From positions 64,001 to 128,000 of the forward strand of contig JBJOMY010000003.1 in the NCBI GenBank assembly GCA_046052125.1: a stretch of 64,000 nucleotides of DNA, written 5' to 3'. The translations under genes were made by a program, and so were the position numbers. This stretch comes from Cyanobacteriota bacterium. Lineage in GTDB: Bacteria > Cyanobacteriota > Cyanobacteriia > PCC-6307 > Cyanobiaceae. Position 1 is the first letter of the stretch. Every line of letters begins with the position of its first letter. Below are positions 18,036 through 27,138 of the stretch, piece by piece. The notes beneath the pieces were generated by a model. That model worked only from the letters and a program-made list of their open reading frames with translations, was not told the origin of the DNA and did no database searches.

Positions 18036-18225
18036 GGATGGACAAGCGCAGGACCGCAAGCGCCAGCGCGGCCAGCGGCAAGGGCCGGCCAGGACACTCA
18101 TGGAACAAGTGCCACCGGTGTTTCATCGTCCGTGGCGGGCCGGCTTGCGAAGCCCTTGCGCGGCCGCGCACGCTGAGGATTCCTGCGCGTCGTTTTCCCC
18201 AATGACAGGGTCGGTGTTGGGTGGG

Positions 18226-18798
18226 CTATGGAACTTCGTTGCTATGGCTCCTGGAGAAGCGCATCACGATGGGCGGCTGGAAAGGGGTGAGCTGCTGAGC
18301 GATGGCCTCGAGAAAAGCCACCAGGATCGTGATCAGCAGGATGTAGTCGCGCAGAGATGGATCCTTGGGAACATGGTCAGCCAGTAACGGCTCCAAGATT
18401 CCCCACAGGGGGTTGGCACGGGCGTCCTTATAGACCTCCTGCAATCGCGCGCGATGTGCAGGATCATCGAGCGATGCCGTCTCCGTGGAGTGGGCAAAGG
18501 CATTGCGCAGTTTGCGCAGGGCGTTGAGGGCTCGTTCGATGGGTGGATCAATCAGCCCCAGACGGCTGGCCAAGGCCACTTTGGAGCCGAGGGATCCCAG
18601 GGGGCGATCCGGCAGAAATAACCCATCTTTCTTGTCGGTGGCTGGGGCCATCACCGCCTGCAGCAGGTGCTCCAGGGCCGCATCCACCCGGGCCACGCCC
18701 ACCAGCACCGCACCACGGCCCCGCTCTTCCAGCATCTGCAGGGCGATCTGCTGGGCGGCCTGGGCAACGGCAATAGTGCTGGGGTCGGTAGCCATCAC
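18226..18798 (-). CDS. MltR-like / HEPN-like protein
   Basis: RGAVLVG, RPLGSLGSKVALASRLGLI, RKLRNAFAH (RxxxxH); coupled to the hsdR stop. Confidence 0.7.
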   Translation of the reverse strand: MMATDPSTIAVAQAAQQIALQMLEERGRGAVLVGVARVDAALEHLLQAVMAPATDKKDGLFLPDRPLGSLGSKVALASRLGLIDPPIERALNALRKLRNAFAHSTETASLDDPAHRARLQEVYKDARANPLWGILEPLLADHVPKDPSLRDYILLITILVAFLEAIAQQLTPFQPPIVMRFSRSHSNEVP

Positions 18799-21700
18799 GA
18801 GGAGGACGCTCCTGCGCGTTCACGCAGCTCTTCATAGAGGCCTGTCTGGTTGAGCAGTACCTCCTTCATGCCGTTGCGGATGGACTCGGAGCCCAGGGCC
18901 TGACTGCTCATCGATTGATGGGCATCGAGGGCGCTGATGATGGCGTCCATCAGGGCCGTGCCCAGATCCGGCGACGCGCCAAATTGCTCCTTGCTGTTGG
19001 CGGAGGCCTGTTGCTGCAGGGTGGTGGATTCAAGCAACTTGCCCCGAATCACCGCCTGCACATAGGTCACCTTGTCCTCATCGGTGAGGTCGCCGGTGAA
19101 GAGGTCGTTGAGCTTGGCGATGATTTCGGAGAGCAAGGCCTTGTCTTTGTCCTGCACCGAACCGCCACCTGGGTTGAGGCCCGCCAGCTTCTCGGCATCG
19201 CCCTGGGCCAGGTCGAGCCGTCGTTGCCCCTTGTTGCGCAGGTGATGGTGCGTCAGCACCACCTTGCTCAGGTCCACCGTGGACACCTCCCGCTCGAATT
19301 CCAAGAGCGGTAGCAGCCGCTTGAACACCATCGCCCGCTTCTCGAGAGCCGTGTTGCCGTAGTCGAAGATCTGGCAGAGGAAGGTGTAGAAGCGCACGTA
19401 GGTGCCCATGTCGCTTCTGAACAGGGTCAAGGCATCCAACTCATCCTTGGCGGCCTTGATGCCGTCGGGGTCGTTGATGTCTTCCGCTTGGCGCATGGCC
19501 TGCCTGGCTTCTCTGTAGGCATTCATCAGCCGCTGGGCGATCGGCTCCAGAGCGCCGATCAGCTGGCTCTGCTTGGCGTTGGGGTCGAGTAGCACCTTCA
19601 CCACGCGGTCCACCTCGAACTCGTCGTAGTGACCCTGGCTGTCGAGCTTGGCCTTGAGGTTGAAGATCAGGTCTGGATCAGTGGCCTCGGCCAGCTCAGC
19701 GGTTTCGTAGTAGGCCTTGAAGGCGGCGAGGATGTCGTCGGGTTCGTTGGCGAAGTCCACCACGTAGGTGGTGGTTTTGCCGGGGTGGCAGCGGTTCAGG
19801 CGAGAGAGGGTCTGCACCGCCTGAATGCCGGAGAGGCGGCGATCCACATACATGCCGCAGAGCAGCGGCTGATCGAAGCCCGTCTGGAACTTGTTGGCCA
19901 CCAGCAGGATCTGGAACTCATCGCCCTTGAATGCCTCACGGATGTCGCCCTTCATGCCGGGGTTGAGGGTGCTGCTGCGCTCGGTGAAGGGTTCAGGGCC
20001 GGATTCGGCGTCGTTCACCTCACCGCTGAAGGCCACCAGGGTGCCCAGCGGGTAGCCCTTGTCTTTGATGTACTTGTCGATCGCCAGCTTCCAGCGCACG
20101 GCTTCTTTTCTGGAGCCCACCACCACCATCGCCTTGGCCTTGCCATCGAGCAGCGGAGCGACGAACTTGAGGAAGTGCTCCACGATGATCTGCACCTTCT
20201 GGGCGATGTTGTGCGGGTGAAGCTTCACCCAGCCCATCAGCTTCTTCTTGGCGGCACTCCGCTCCACCTCCTCGTCACTCACGCTTTGGCCGCCCTGAGC
20301 AAGGCGGAAGGCCAGTGAGTACGAGGTGTAGTTCTGCAGGACATCGAGGATGAAGCCCTCTTCAATCGCCTGCCGCATTGAGTAGACGTGGAACGGCTCA
20401 GGCAGGTTCCCGTCACCGGCTGGCTCGTTGGGGTTAGGCCGTCGACCGAACAGCTCCAGGGTCTTTGCTTTGGGCGTGGCGGTGAATGCCACGTAGGTGA
20501 TGCCGTTCTCCTTGACCCGGTCGGCCATTTGAGCGGCCAGGACCTCGTCCATACCAACCTCGCCACCGTCGGCAAGGTCAGCTGCTTCTGAGGCACTGAG
20601 CACCTTCTTGAGCTTCTCAGCGGCCTGTCCCGTCTGGGAGCTGTGGGCCTCGTCGGCAATCACGGCAAACCGCTTGCCTTCCGTGGCCGTGAGCTCTCGG
20701 ACGGCTTCGAGGGCAAAGGGAAAGGTCTGAATCGTGCAGACCACAACCTTCTTGTCGCCGCTCAGGGCCTGGGCCAGCTTCCCGCTCTTGCTGCCGTCTT
20801 CGCTCGTAATCGAAGCGACGACACCTTTTTTCCGCTCAAACGACTCCAGGGCCTCCTGCAGCTGGGTGTCGATCACGTTGCGGTCGCTGACCACCAACAC
20901 CGAGTCGAAGACCTTTTTGTTCTCAGCGTCGTGGAGCTCGGAGAAGAAGTGGGCTGTCCAGGCAATGGAGTTCGTTTTGCCAGAGCCGGCCGAGTGTTGA
21001 ATCAGGTACTTCTGCCCTGGCCCTTCACTCCGCACGGCGTCCTGAAGCAGGCGGGTGACAACGAGCTGGTGGTAGCGGGGGAAGAGCACCCGAGACACCT
21101 GCTTCTTCTTGTTCCGCTCGGCAATGCAGTAGCGACCAAGGATTTCCAGCCAGCTCTCCCGCTCCCACACCTCCTGCCATAGGTAGTCAGTGGGGTAGCC
21201 GGGGCCGTCGGGCACCGGGTTGCCGGCCCCACAGTTCTTGCCGCCAGGGTCGCTGCCTTTGTTGAAGGGCAAGAACACCGTTGCAGGGCCAGCGAGCTTC
21301 GTAGTCATGCGGACTTCGCGGGTGCTCACGGCAAAGTGCACCAGCGCACCGCTGGGGAAGCTCAGAAGCGGTTCAGGTGTTTTGCCGGCGAGCTGAGGCA
21401 GGCGGTCGGTCTTGTATTGCCACACCGCGTCTTCTATCGACTGGGTGTTGTCGGTCTTCAGTTCGACCGTGGCGACCGGAATGCCATTGAGGAAGAGCAC
21501 CAGGTCGATGCAGTTCTCGTTGTGCAGCGAGTACCGCACCTGGCGAACGACTCGCAGGCGGTTGGCGTTGTAGCGGGCCAGGATTTCTGGGTTGAGGCCC
21601 AGGGCGGGTTTGAACTCCGCCAGCTTGAGGGCCTTGGGCAGACCCATGACCTCGATGCCATTGCGAAGCAGGTCGAGCGTTCCTTGCTGGTCGAGCTGTT

Positions 21701-21926
21701 CGCGAACACGTTGGAGAAGAGAAGCCTCCGCCTTGCTTCCGTTCTTCTGCTTGTAGGTCTTCCAGAGATCGCTCTGGGATTCTTCCAGCCAGGCGGTCAG
21801 GTCTGGCGGGTAGAGGGCCAGCTTGCGGTCGTAGTTGTCAGCTGTCTTGTCTTCGTAGAGCCACCCGTGGCTGCCGAGGTACTCGCAGACCTCCTTCTCG
21901 AAGGCGGATTCGAGGTGGACGCTCAT
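18795..21926 (-). CDS. hsdR: Type I restriction enzyme R subunit
   Basis: 1043 aa; DLVLFLNGIPVATVELK nuclease motif, QHSAGSGKT, IADEAH, FTATP, FQTGFDQP, QTLSRLNR. Confidence 0.97.
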   Translation of the reverse strand: MSVHLESAFEKEVCEYLGSHGWLYEDKTADNYDRKLALYPPDLTAWLEESQSDLWKTYKQKNGSKAEASLLQRVREQLDQQGTLDLLRNGIEVMGLPKALKLAEFKPALGLNPEILARYNANRLRVVRQVRYSLHNENCIDLVLFLNGIPVATVELKTDNTQSIEDAVWQYKTDRLPQLAGKTPEPLLSFPSGALVHFAVSTREVRMTTKLAGPATVFLPFNKGSDPGGKNCGAGNPVPDGPGYPTDYLWQEVWERESWLEILGRYCIAERNKKKQVSRVLFPRYHQLVVTRLLQDAVRSEGPGQKYLIQHSAGSGKTNSIAWTAHFFSELHDAENKKVFDSVLVVSDRNVIDTQLQEALESFERKKGVVASITSEDGSKSGKLAQALSGDKKVVVCTIQTFPFALEAVRELTATEGKRFAVIADEAHSSQTGQAAEKLKKVLSASEAADLADGGEVGMDEVLAAQMADRVKENGITYVAFTATPKAKTLELFGRRPNPNEPAGDGNLPEPFHVYSMRQAIEEGFILDVLQNYTSYSLAFRLAQGGQSVSDEEVERSAAKKKLMGWVKLHPHNIAQKVQIIVEHFLKFVAPLLDGKAKAMVVVGSRKEAVRWKLAIDKYIKDKGYPLGTLVAFSGEVNDAESGPEPFTERSSTLNPGMKGDIREAFKGDEFQILLVANKFQTGFDQPLLCGMYVDRRLSGIQAVQTLSRLNRCHPGKTTTYVVDFANEPDDILAAFKAYYETAELAEATDPDLIFNLKAKLDSQGHYDEFEVDRVVKVLLDPNAKQSQLIGALEPIAQRLMNAYREARQAMRQAEDINDPDGIKAAKDELDALTLFRSDMGTYVRFYTFLCQIFDYGNTALEKRAMVFKRLLPLLEFEREVSTVDLSKVVLTHHHLRNKGQRRLDLAQGDAEKLAGLNPGGGSVQDKDKALLSEIIAKLNDLFTGDLTDEDKVTYVQAVIRGKLLESTTLQQQASANSKEQFGASPDLGTALMDAIISALDAHQSMSSQALGSESIRNGMKEVLLNQTGLYEELRERAGASSS

Positions 21927-22801
21927 GGATTGCTGGCCTCCGGCTCTCGAATCAGCTCATGCAGGGTTTGTCCTTGTGGGCTCTTCCATTCCTTCCACCC
22001 GTTGGCGGTGCGACCGAGCAAGGCAATGGCAGCACCGCTTGGGGACTTGAACAAGTGGTCTTTCGGGAATACCAGGTGGCCCTTGTCATCAGGTTGCATG
22101 ACACCGCTGTCCAAGAGCCGTTGTCTCCACCGCTCATTCGTCTCCCCGAGGGAGGGAGCTGTGTCTACACGGCCGACAGAACCGGCCAGCACGACGAAGC
22201 CTTCCGCTGTGTAGAGGCCCTTCGCTTCCACTCCGTTTGAGGGGCTTCGGAGGCTGAAGACTTCCGCTGGCTCTTCGCTCTGCTTGGGCTTAGCTACAGG
22301 GTCAAACAGCGGGTAGCCAAGGCTTGAGACAAGGACGCTGCCCGTCTCAAACACTTCAAAGCACTCGGCTTCCAGCGGAGCTGGGGTGTGCGGCCTAGAG
22401 CCGCTGTTGCCATTCTCATCAGCAAAGCGACCGGCAGTTCGAATCTGCTGGAGGGAATGCCACTCCAAGAACAGAGCGTGGGTCTGCGTGAGACTGTTGG
22501 TCCTCGAGACAAGGACCAAGGCCCGCTCCCAGAAGTCCTTCTTCTGGTTGTGGGCTGTCAGGCGAGCACGCAGGTCGCCGGTCTGCCCGACGTACACCAG
22601 ACGGTCGCCATCTTCTGTGTCTTCCCCAATCAGGAAGTAGACACCGACTTGAGAGCTTTGCTCCATAGATAGGAAGCTGCTCAGTAGGCTCCGTGGCACC
22701 TCAATGACTTGGACAATCCGGGTGGTTATCTCCGCGATGCGAATGCCGTGAGGCTCGCCGCTTGGCAGGAAGATTTGGATGGTCTTGGGTGTAGCGGTCA
22801 T
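21923..22801 (-). CDS. GIY-YIG nuclease with DUF4357 C-terminus
   Basis: GVYFL...VYVGQT..LRARL..H; FKSPSGAA..LLGRTANGW.EWK. Confidence 0.88.
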   Translation of the reverse strand: MTATPKTIQIFLPSGEPHGIRIAEITTRIVQVIEVPRSLLSSFLSMEQSSQVGVYFLIGEDTEDGDRLVYVGQTGDLRARLTAHNQKKDFWERALVLVSRTNSLTQTHALFLEWHSLQQIRTAGRFADENGNSGSRPHTPAPLEAECFEVFETGSVLVSSLGYPLFDPVAKPKQSEEPAEVFSLRSPSNGVEAKGLYTAEGFVVLAGSVGRVDTAPSLGETNERWRQRLLDSGVMQPDDKGHLVFPKDHLFKSPSGAAIALLGRTANGWKEWKSPQGQTLHELIREPEASNP

Positions 22802-24132
22802 TGCTCGACAGGCTCCTCTTCCACTAGCCCTCGGACATCTATCTGGCCGGTTACAGCAGCGGAGATGAGAGCTGAGCGGCGCTCTTGAAGGAGGCTCAAG
22901 ACGTTTTGCAACGCTTCGATTACTTGGTCTTGAGCGGCAACTTTCTTTCGGACTTCTGCAACTATCACTGCCTGCTCCTCGAGCGGAGGCAATGCTGACC
23001 TAAAAGAGTAGATATCTGGCATGTAAATCGTGTTATGAGTAGATCCGTACTTAAGCCGCTCGAACTCGCTCTTCATCCCCCTAAAAATGAGCAATAAGAA
23101 CTCGGGAAGAAGCTTTGGTCCGCAAATCCAGTTCACAAAGTCCTGAGTGGTCGCCATTTCTTCGCCCAGTATCCCCGAATACCCAACACTTGCTGTTCTA
23201 GAGAGAATGACGGTTCCTTTGGGTAGAAGGCGTGCGGCAGAGTTGTCCAGGCCCGCCTGGCTCACCCTTTCTTTTGTCCCGTATACATAATCGGTTTTCC
23301 CGGGTCTTATTTGCCAGACATCAGAAAGAGTAAACCACGGGAAAACGCACTCTTCTTGAATCCAGTAGTTTTCTACTGCCCTGCTCGGCGTGTGTCCCGA
23401 TTCAATGCGGGCAGCAAGTCTCAGTGGTGTTACTACCCAATGCTCCGGAACCTCTCCCAGCCACTCCACTCCCGAATCCTTCATCGGTGCATTCGGGTTC
23501 AGTCCCTTGGTCACCGCATGTGAGATGACCGCCTGCCTCTTCTCTTGTAGCAGCTCAATCAGGCGTTGCTGCTCGGCGATAAGGGCATCAATCTTGGTGG
23601 TTTCGCGGTCGAGGAAGCTGGCAATCTTTGCCTGCTCTGACTCCTCGGGAATGGGGACACTTATTGCGCCTAGATCACTCTTTGTTATATGAACCATCCC
23701 GATTATGCCGTGTGCTTGGTCTTCCACGTGCGCTGTAACGGCCTTGAGTATCCAGTAGAGCTCTCGCTTCTCTATGTCCCGAGCAACAACACGAAAGATG
23801 TGCTGATTAAGAGCGCAGACTTCCTTCCTATGCCAAATGAAGGGACCAAACGATGTACCCCTATTTCCCGACCATCCAAACAGTAGGTCTTCTTCGTGGA
23901 CCAAATAGCGATCATCAACACCTCCATCGAAGTAGTTGAAGTCCTCGCTTCCGTTTAGGTTCTGAATTCGGATAATGGGCATTCCCGACTCGGACCACTC
24001 TTCTGGCTTGAACGCGGCTCCGTTGATAAATTCGGCAACATGCTTAAGGGGGATAGTTCGCCAATGCTCAGGCACCTCTCCCAGCCATTCCACGCTGCTG
24101 GGCTTGTAAGTCGGGTAACGAGGGAAGCTCAT
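22798..24132 (-). CDS. hsdS: Type I R-M specificity subunit
   Basis: Duplicated [12 protein letters not shown] conserved regions flanking two TRDs; [13 protein letters not shown]. Confidence 0.96.
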   Translation of the reverse strand: MSFPRYPTYKPSSVEWLGEVPEHWRTIPLKHVAEFINGAAFKPEEWSESGMPIIRIQNLNGSEDFNYFDGGVDDRYLVHEEDLLFGWSGNRGTSFGPFIWHRKEVCALNQHIFRVVARDIEKRELYWILKAVTAHVEDQAHGIIGMVHITKSDLGAISVPIPEESEQAKIASFLDRETTKIDALIAEQQRLIELLQEKRQAVISHAVTKGLNPNAPMKDSGVEWLGEVPEHWVVTPLRLAARIESGHTPSRAVENYWIQEECVFPWFTLSDVWQIRPGKTDYVYGTKERVSQAGLDNSAARLLPKGTVILSRTASVGYSGILGEEMATTQDFVNWICGPKLLPEFLLLIFRGMKSEFERLKYGSTHNTIYMPDIYSFRSALPPLEEQAVIVAEVRKKVAAQDQVIEALQNVLSLLQERRSALISAAVTGQIDVRGLVEEEPVEQ

Positions 24133-25907
24133 GCAGACAGCCCCCCAATCATGTCCAGAATCCGGTCGGTCACCTGCTTCAACTCAGCATCTATCTCCTC
24201 CAGTGGCCTGGGCGGCGTGAAGACGTAGAAGTGCCTGTTAAAGGGAATCTCGTAGCCCTTCTTGGTCTTGCTGTGGTCAATCCAGGCATCAGGCACGTGC
24301 GGCAGTACCTCTCGCTCGAAGTAGGTCTCCACGTCTTCTGACAGCGGCACGTTCTCCGTGTCTCTCAAGCTGCTGTCGGCCTGGGGCTGTCCTTTCGCTT
24401 TGCCCCGCTGCCCTAGAACGACGTTCCCTGACTCGTCCCTCAATGGCCTCTCAACCGTGATGGTCTGGTAGCCGAAGTCCTCGTTCTTGAAGACCTTGCT
24501 GATGGGCTTCCCGTCCTTTTCTGCCTCCTCGAAGTCCCCGAACAGCTTCGTAATCTCCTCAATATGCTCGGCGGCCAACTCTTTCCGCTTACTGCCGAGG
24601 CTCTTCCGCATCTTCTGCCAGAAGCTGCTGGCGTCAATCAGCTGGACTTTGCCCTTCCTCTCTTCGGGCTTGCGGTTGCTCAGAATCCAGATGTAGGTGC
24701 TGATTCCCGTGTTGTAGAACATGTCCGTTGGCAGGGCGATAATCGCCTCCAACAAGTCGTTCTCAAGCACGTACCGGCGGATTTCACTCTCGCCTGAGCC
24801 GGCTCCTCCGGTAAACAGCGGAGAGCCATTGAGAACGATGCCGAAGCGGCAACCACCGTCCTGGGCGGGCCTCATCTTGCTGATGAGGTGCAGAAGAAAC
24901 AGCAGTGAGCCATCGCTCACTCTTGGCAAGCCAGGGCCAAAGCGGCCGCTGTAGCCCATCAGCTCAGCTTCCCGCTGGACCTCCTTCTGAATCTTCTTCC
25001 ACTCCACCCCAAACGGCGGGTTGGAGAGCATGTAGTCGTACTTCTCCTCTGGCAACTGGTCGTCCGAGAGCGTGTTGCCGAAGCAGATGCTGTTGATGTC
25101 CTGCCCCTTGATGAGCATGTCCGCCTTGCAAATGGCGTAGGACTCCGCGTTCAGTTCCTGCCCGCTCAACACCAGACGAGCGGAGGGGTTATGGCTGACC
25201 AGGTGCTCCTCGGCCACGCTGAGCATGCCGCCCGTACCCGCTGTCGGGTCGTAGAGGCTGCGGACGATGCCGGGTTGGGTCAGTGCTTCGTCGTCTTCGA
25301 TGAAGATGAGGTTCACCATCAACTTGATGACCTCACGTGGAGTGAAGTGTTCCCCGGCGGTTTCGTTCGACAGTTCCGCGAACTTCCGAATGAGCTCTTC
25401 GAACACCAACCCCATCTCGGCATTGCTCACCGTTTCGGGGTGCAGGTCAATTTGTCCGAACTTCTCGGTGACCAGGTAGAGCAGATTGGCCTTGTCCAGG
25501 CGGTCCACCTGCAGGTGGAACTCAAAGCTTTCGAAGATGTCCCGCACAGCCGGGCTGAATGCCTGGATGTAGCTCCGCAGGTTCTCGGCGATGTTGTCGC
25601 CGTCGCCCATGAGCCGCTTCATATCCAGCGGCGAGGTGTTGCAGAAGTTGTGGCCGGACTTCCGCAGCAGGAAGGGTTCGGGGTCTAGTCCCTGTTCCTC
25701 TCGCAGAGCCTTCTCCTCGAGCACCGCCGCTTTAGTCGGCTCCAGAACGCAGTCCAGTCGCCGCAGGACTGTGAACGGGAGGATGACCTTGCCGTAGTCG
25801 CTCTGCTTGTAGTCGCCCCGCAGGAGGTCGGCGACGCTCCAGATGAAGGCGGAGAGGTTTTGCTTGCCGCTGGGTTGCTGGGTGGGGGCAGCCGAGGTGG
25901 TCGTCAC
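24129..25907 (-). CDS. hsdM: Type I R-M N6-adenine methyltransferase subunit
   Basis: [34 protein letters not shown]. Confidence 0.97.
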   Translation of the reverse strand: MTTTSAAPTQQPSGKQNLSAFIWSVADLLRGDYKQSDYGKVILPFTVLRRLDCVLEPTKAAVLEEKALREEQGLDPEPFLLRKSGHNFCNTSPLDMKRLMGDGDNIAENLRSYIQAFSPAVRDIFESFEFHLQVDRLDKANLLYLVTEKFGQIDLHPETVSNAEMGLVFEELIRKFAELSNETAGEHFTPREVIKLMVNLIFIEDDEALTQPGIVRSLYDPTAGTGGMLSVAEEHLVSHNPSARLVLSGQELNAESYAICKADMLIKGQDINSICFGNTLSDDQLPEEKYDYMLSNPPFGVEWKKIQKEVQREAELMGYSGRFGPGLPRVSDGSLLFLLHLISKMRPAQDGGCRFGIVLNGSPLFTGGAGSGESEIRRYVLENDLLEAIIALPTDMFYNTGISTYIWILSNRKPEERKGKVQLIDASSFWQKMRKSLGSKRKELAAEHIEEITKLFGDFEEAEKDGKPISKVFKNEDFGYQTITVERPLRDESGNVVLGQRGKAKGQPQADSSLRDTENVPLSEDVETYFEREVLPHVPDAWIDHSKTKKGYEIPFNRHFYVFTPPRPLEEIDAELKQVTDRILDMIGGLSA

Positions 25908-26120
25908 GGGTTCAGGGGTATGAATTGAGCCACGGGGATTGGAGCTGGGCAGGCTCCGACGCGGCAGGTTCTCGCCGAGGCACCGATCGCCTGTAGAGCA
26001 CCGATGAATACCTGCTGGGCCAGGCCTGCGTCCATGGAGCCAGCCGACAGATCACCGCTGTGTCCAGTGTGCAGCGAGTTGTAGCAGCTGCCAGCCAATC
26101 CGCAGCCTCTGAAACGCTGA

Positions 26121-27011
26121 TCAGAACTGGTTTTCATGCAGATCCTGCATTGTTTCGGAGAGACGCAGCTGCTGGCGTAGGGCCCGCACGGCTTCACGGG
26201 CGGCGGAGCCGCTCGCGGCTCCCTGGGGCAGCAGCAGCCAGAGCTGCTCCACCAGCAGCGGTTGATCAACCAGGAGCTGCAGGTCGTGGCGCTCCAGCCA
26301 GCTCTGCGTCACAAGTTCCGGGCTGATCGGCAGGGCCAGCTGCCGATCGCGGGCGCGCTTGATCCAGGCCTCGGCCTCCTGGCAGGCCGCTGGCTGCTGC
26401 TCCACCCCATAGCCCTGGGCGGCAACGGCCTGATGCAGCAGGGGGGCAACAGCTCTACGGGGCAGCAGCACCCGGCGGCTGGTGGCGGCTGTGGCCACCA
26501 ACTGCAGACGCAGTTGGCCCAGCGGCAGCACCACCAACCCCTCCCAATGCGGCAGCTGACCCGACAGCAGCCGGCGCTCCAGGCAAAAGGAGCTGAGCAG
26601 CGCTCCATCCAGCAGGCCATGTCGCACCAGCTCCGCCCAGTGCTCCGCCTGGCGGCAGCGCGCTGGCACCTGCTGAATCCCGGCCAGGCCCTGCAGCAGG
26701 CGTTGGTGCAGCACATCGGTGCCGATGCGCAGCAGCCCCTCCATCAAGCGGTGCTCGCGGTAGGCCAGCCGCAGGTGCTGCAGGCAGGTGTTGTGCCCGT
26801 GGCGGCACACCGACGATCCCTGACGCGGCACCAGCCGGAACTGCAGCTGCATCAACTGCACGCTTCGGCACACCGTGCTCTGGTGCATGGCCAGTGCAGC
26901 GCCGGCCTTGGCCTGGGAGCCGGCCAGCTCGAGAAAGTCGAGGATGTGCAGGTCTTCCAGCGCCGTGGGTGGCGCGTAACTGCTGACTGGAGGACTGCTG
27001 GAGCTGGCCAC
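26121..27011 (-). CDS. Putative regulator with LysR-like N-terminal HTH
   Basis: LELAGSQAKAGAALAMHQSTVCRSV HTH; LVRHGLLDGAL resembles a LysR effector domain; divergent from the WYL gene. Confidence 0.6.
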   Translation of the reverse strand: MASSSSPPVSSYAPPTALEDLHILDFLELAGSQAKAGAALAMHQSTVCRSVQLMQLQFRLVPRQGSSVCRHGHNTCLQHLRLAYREHRLMEGLLRIGTDVLHQRLLQGLAGIQQVPARCRQAEHWAELVRHGLLDGALLSSFCLERRLLSGQLPHWEGLVVLPLGQLRLQLVATAATSRRVLLPRRAVAPLLHQAVAAQGYGVEQQPAACQEAEAWIKRARDRQLALPISPELVTQSWLERHDLQLLVDQPLLVEQLWLLLPQGAASGSAAREAVRALRQQLRLSETMQDLHENQF

Positions 27012-27138
27012 GGCTGGCTGGAACGTTGCTGGCTGCAGCGTCAGCGCCGCAGCACCGATCCGAGTTGTTTTTCGTGCGAAAGAGAAGCCGCCGGGTCAGG
27101 ATGCGGCTTCTGTTGTGGGGTGGGAGTTGCCGGTGCCG

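Noticed and set aside
23437..24093. Direct repeat inside hsdS as a possible shufflon
   Set aside because: Normal duplicated conserved region of HsdS; no invertase, inverted repeats or spare TRD
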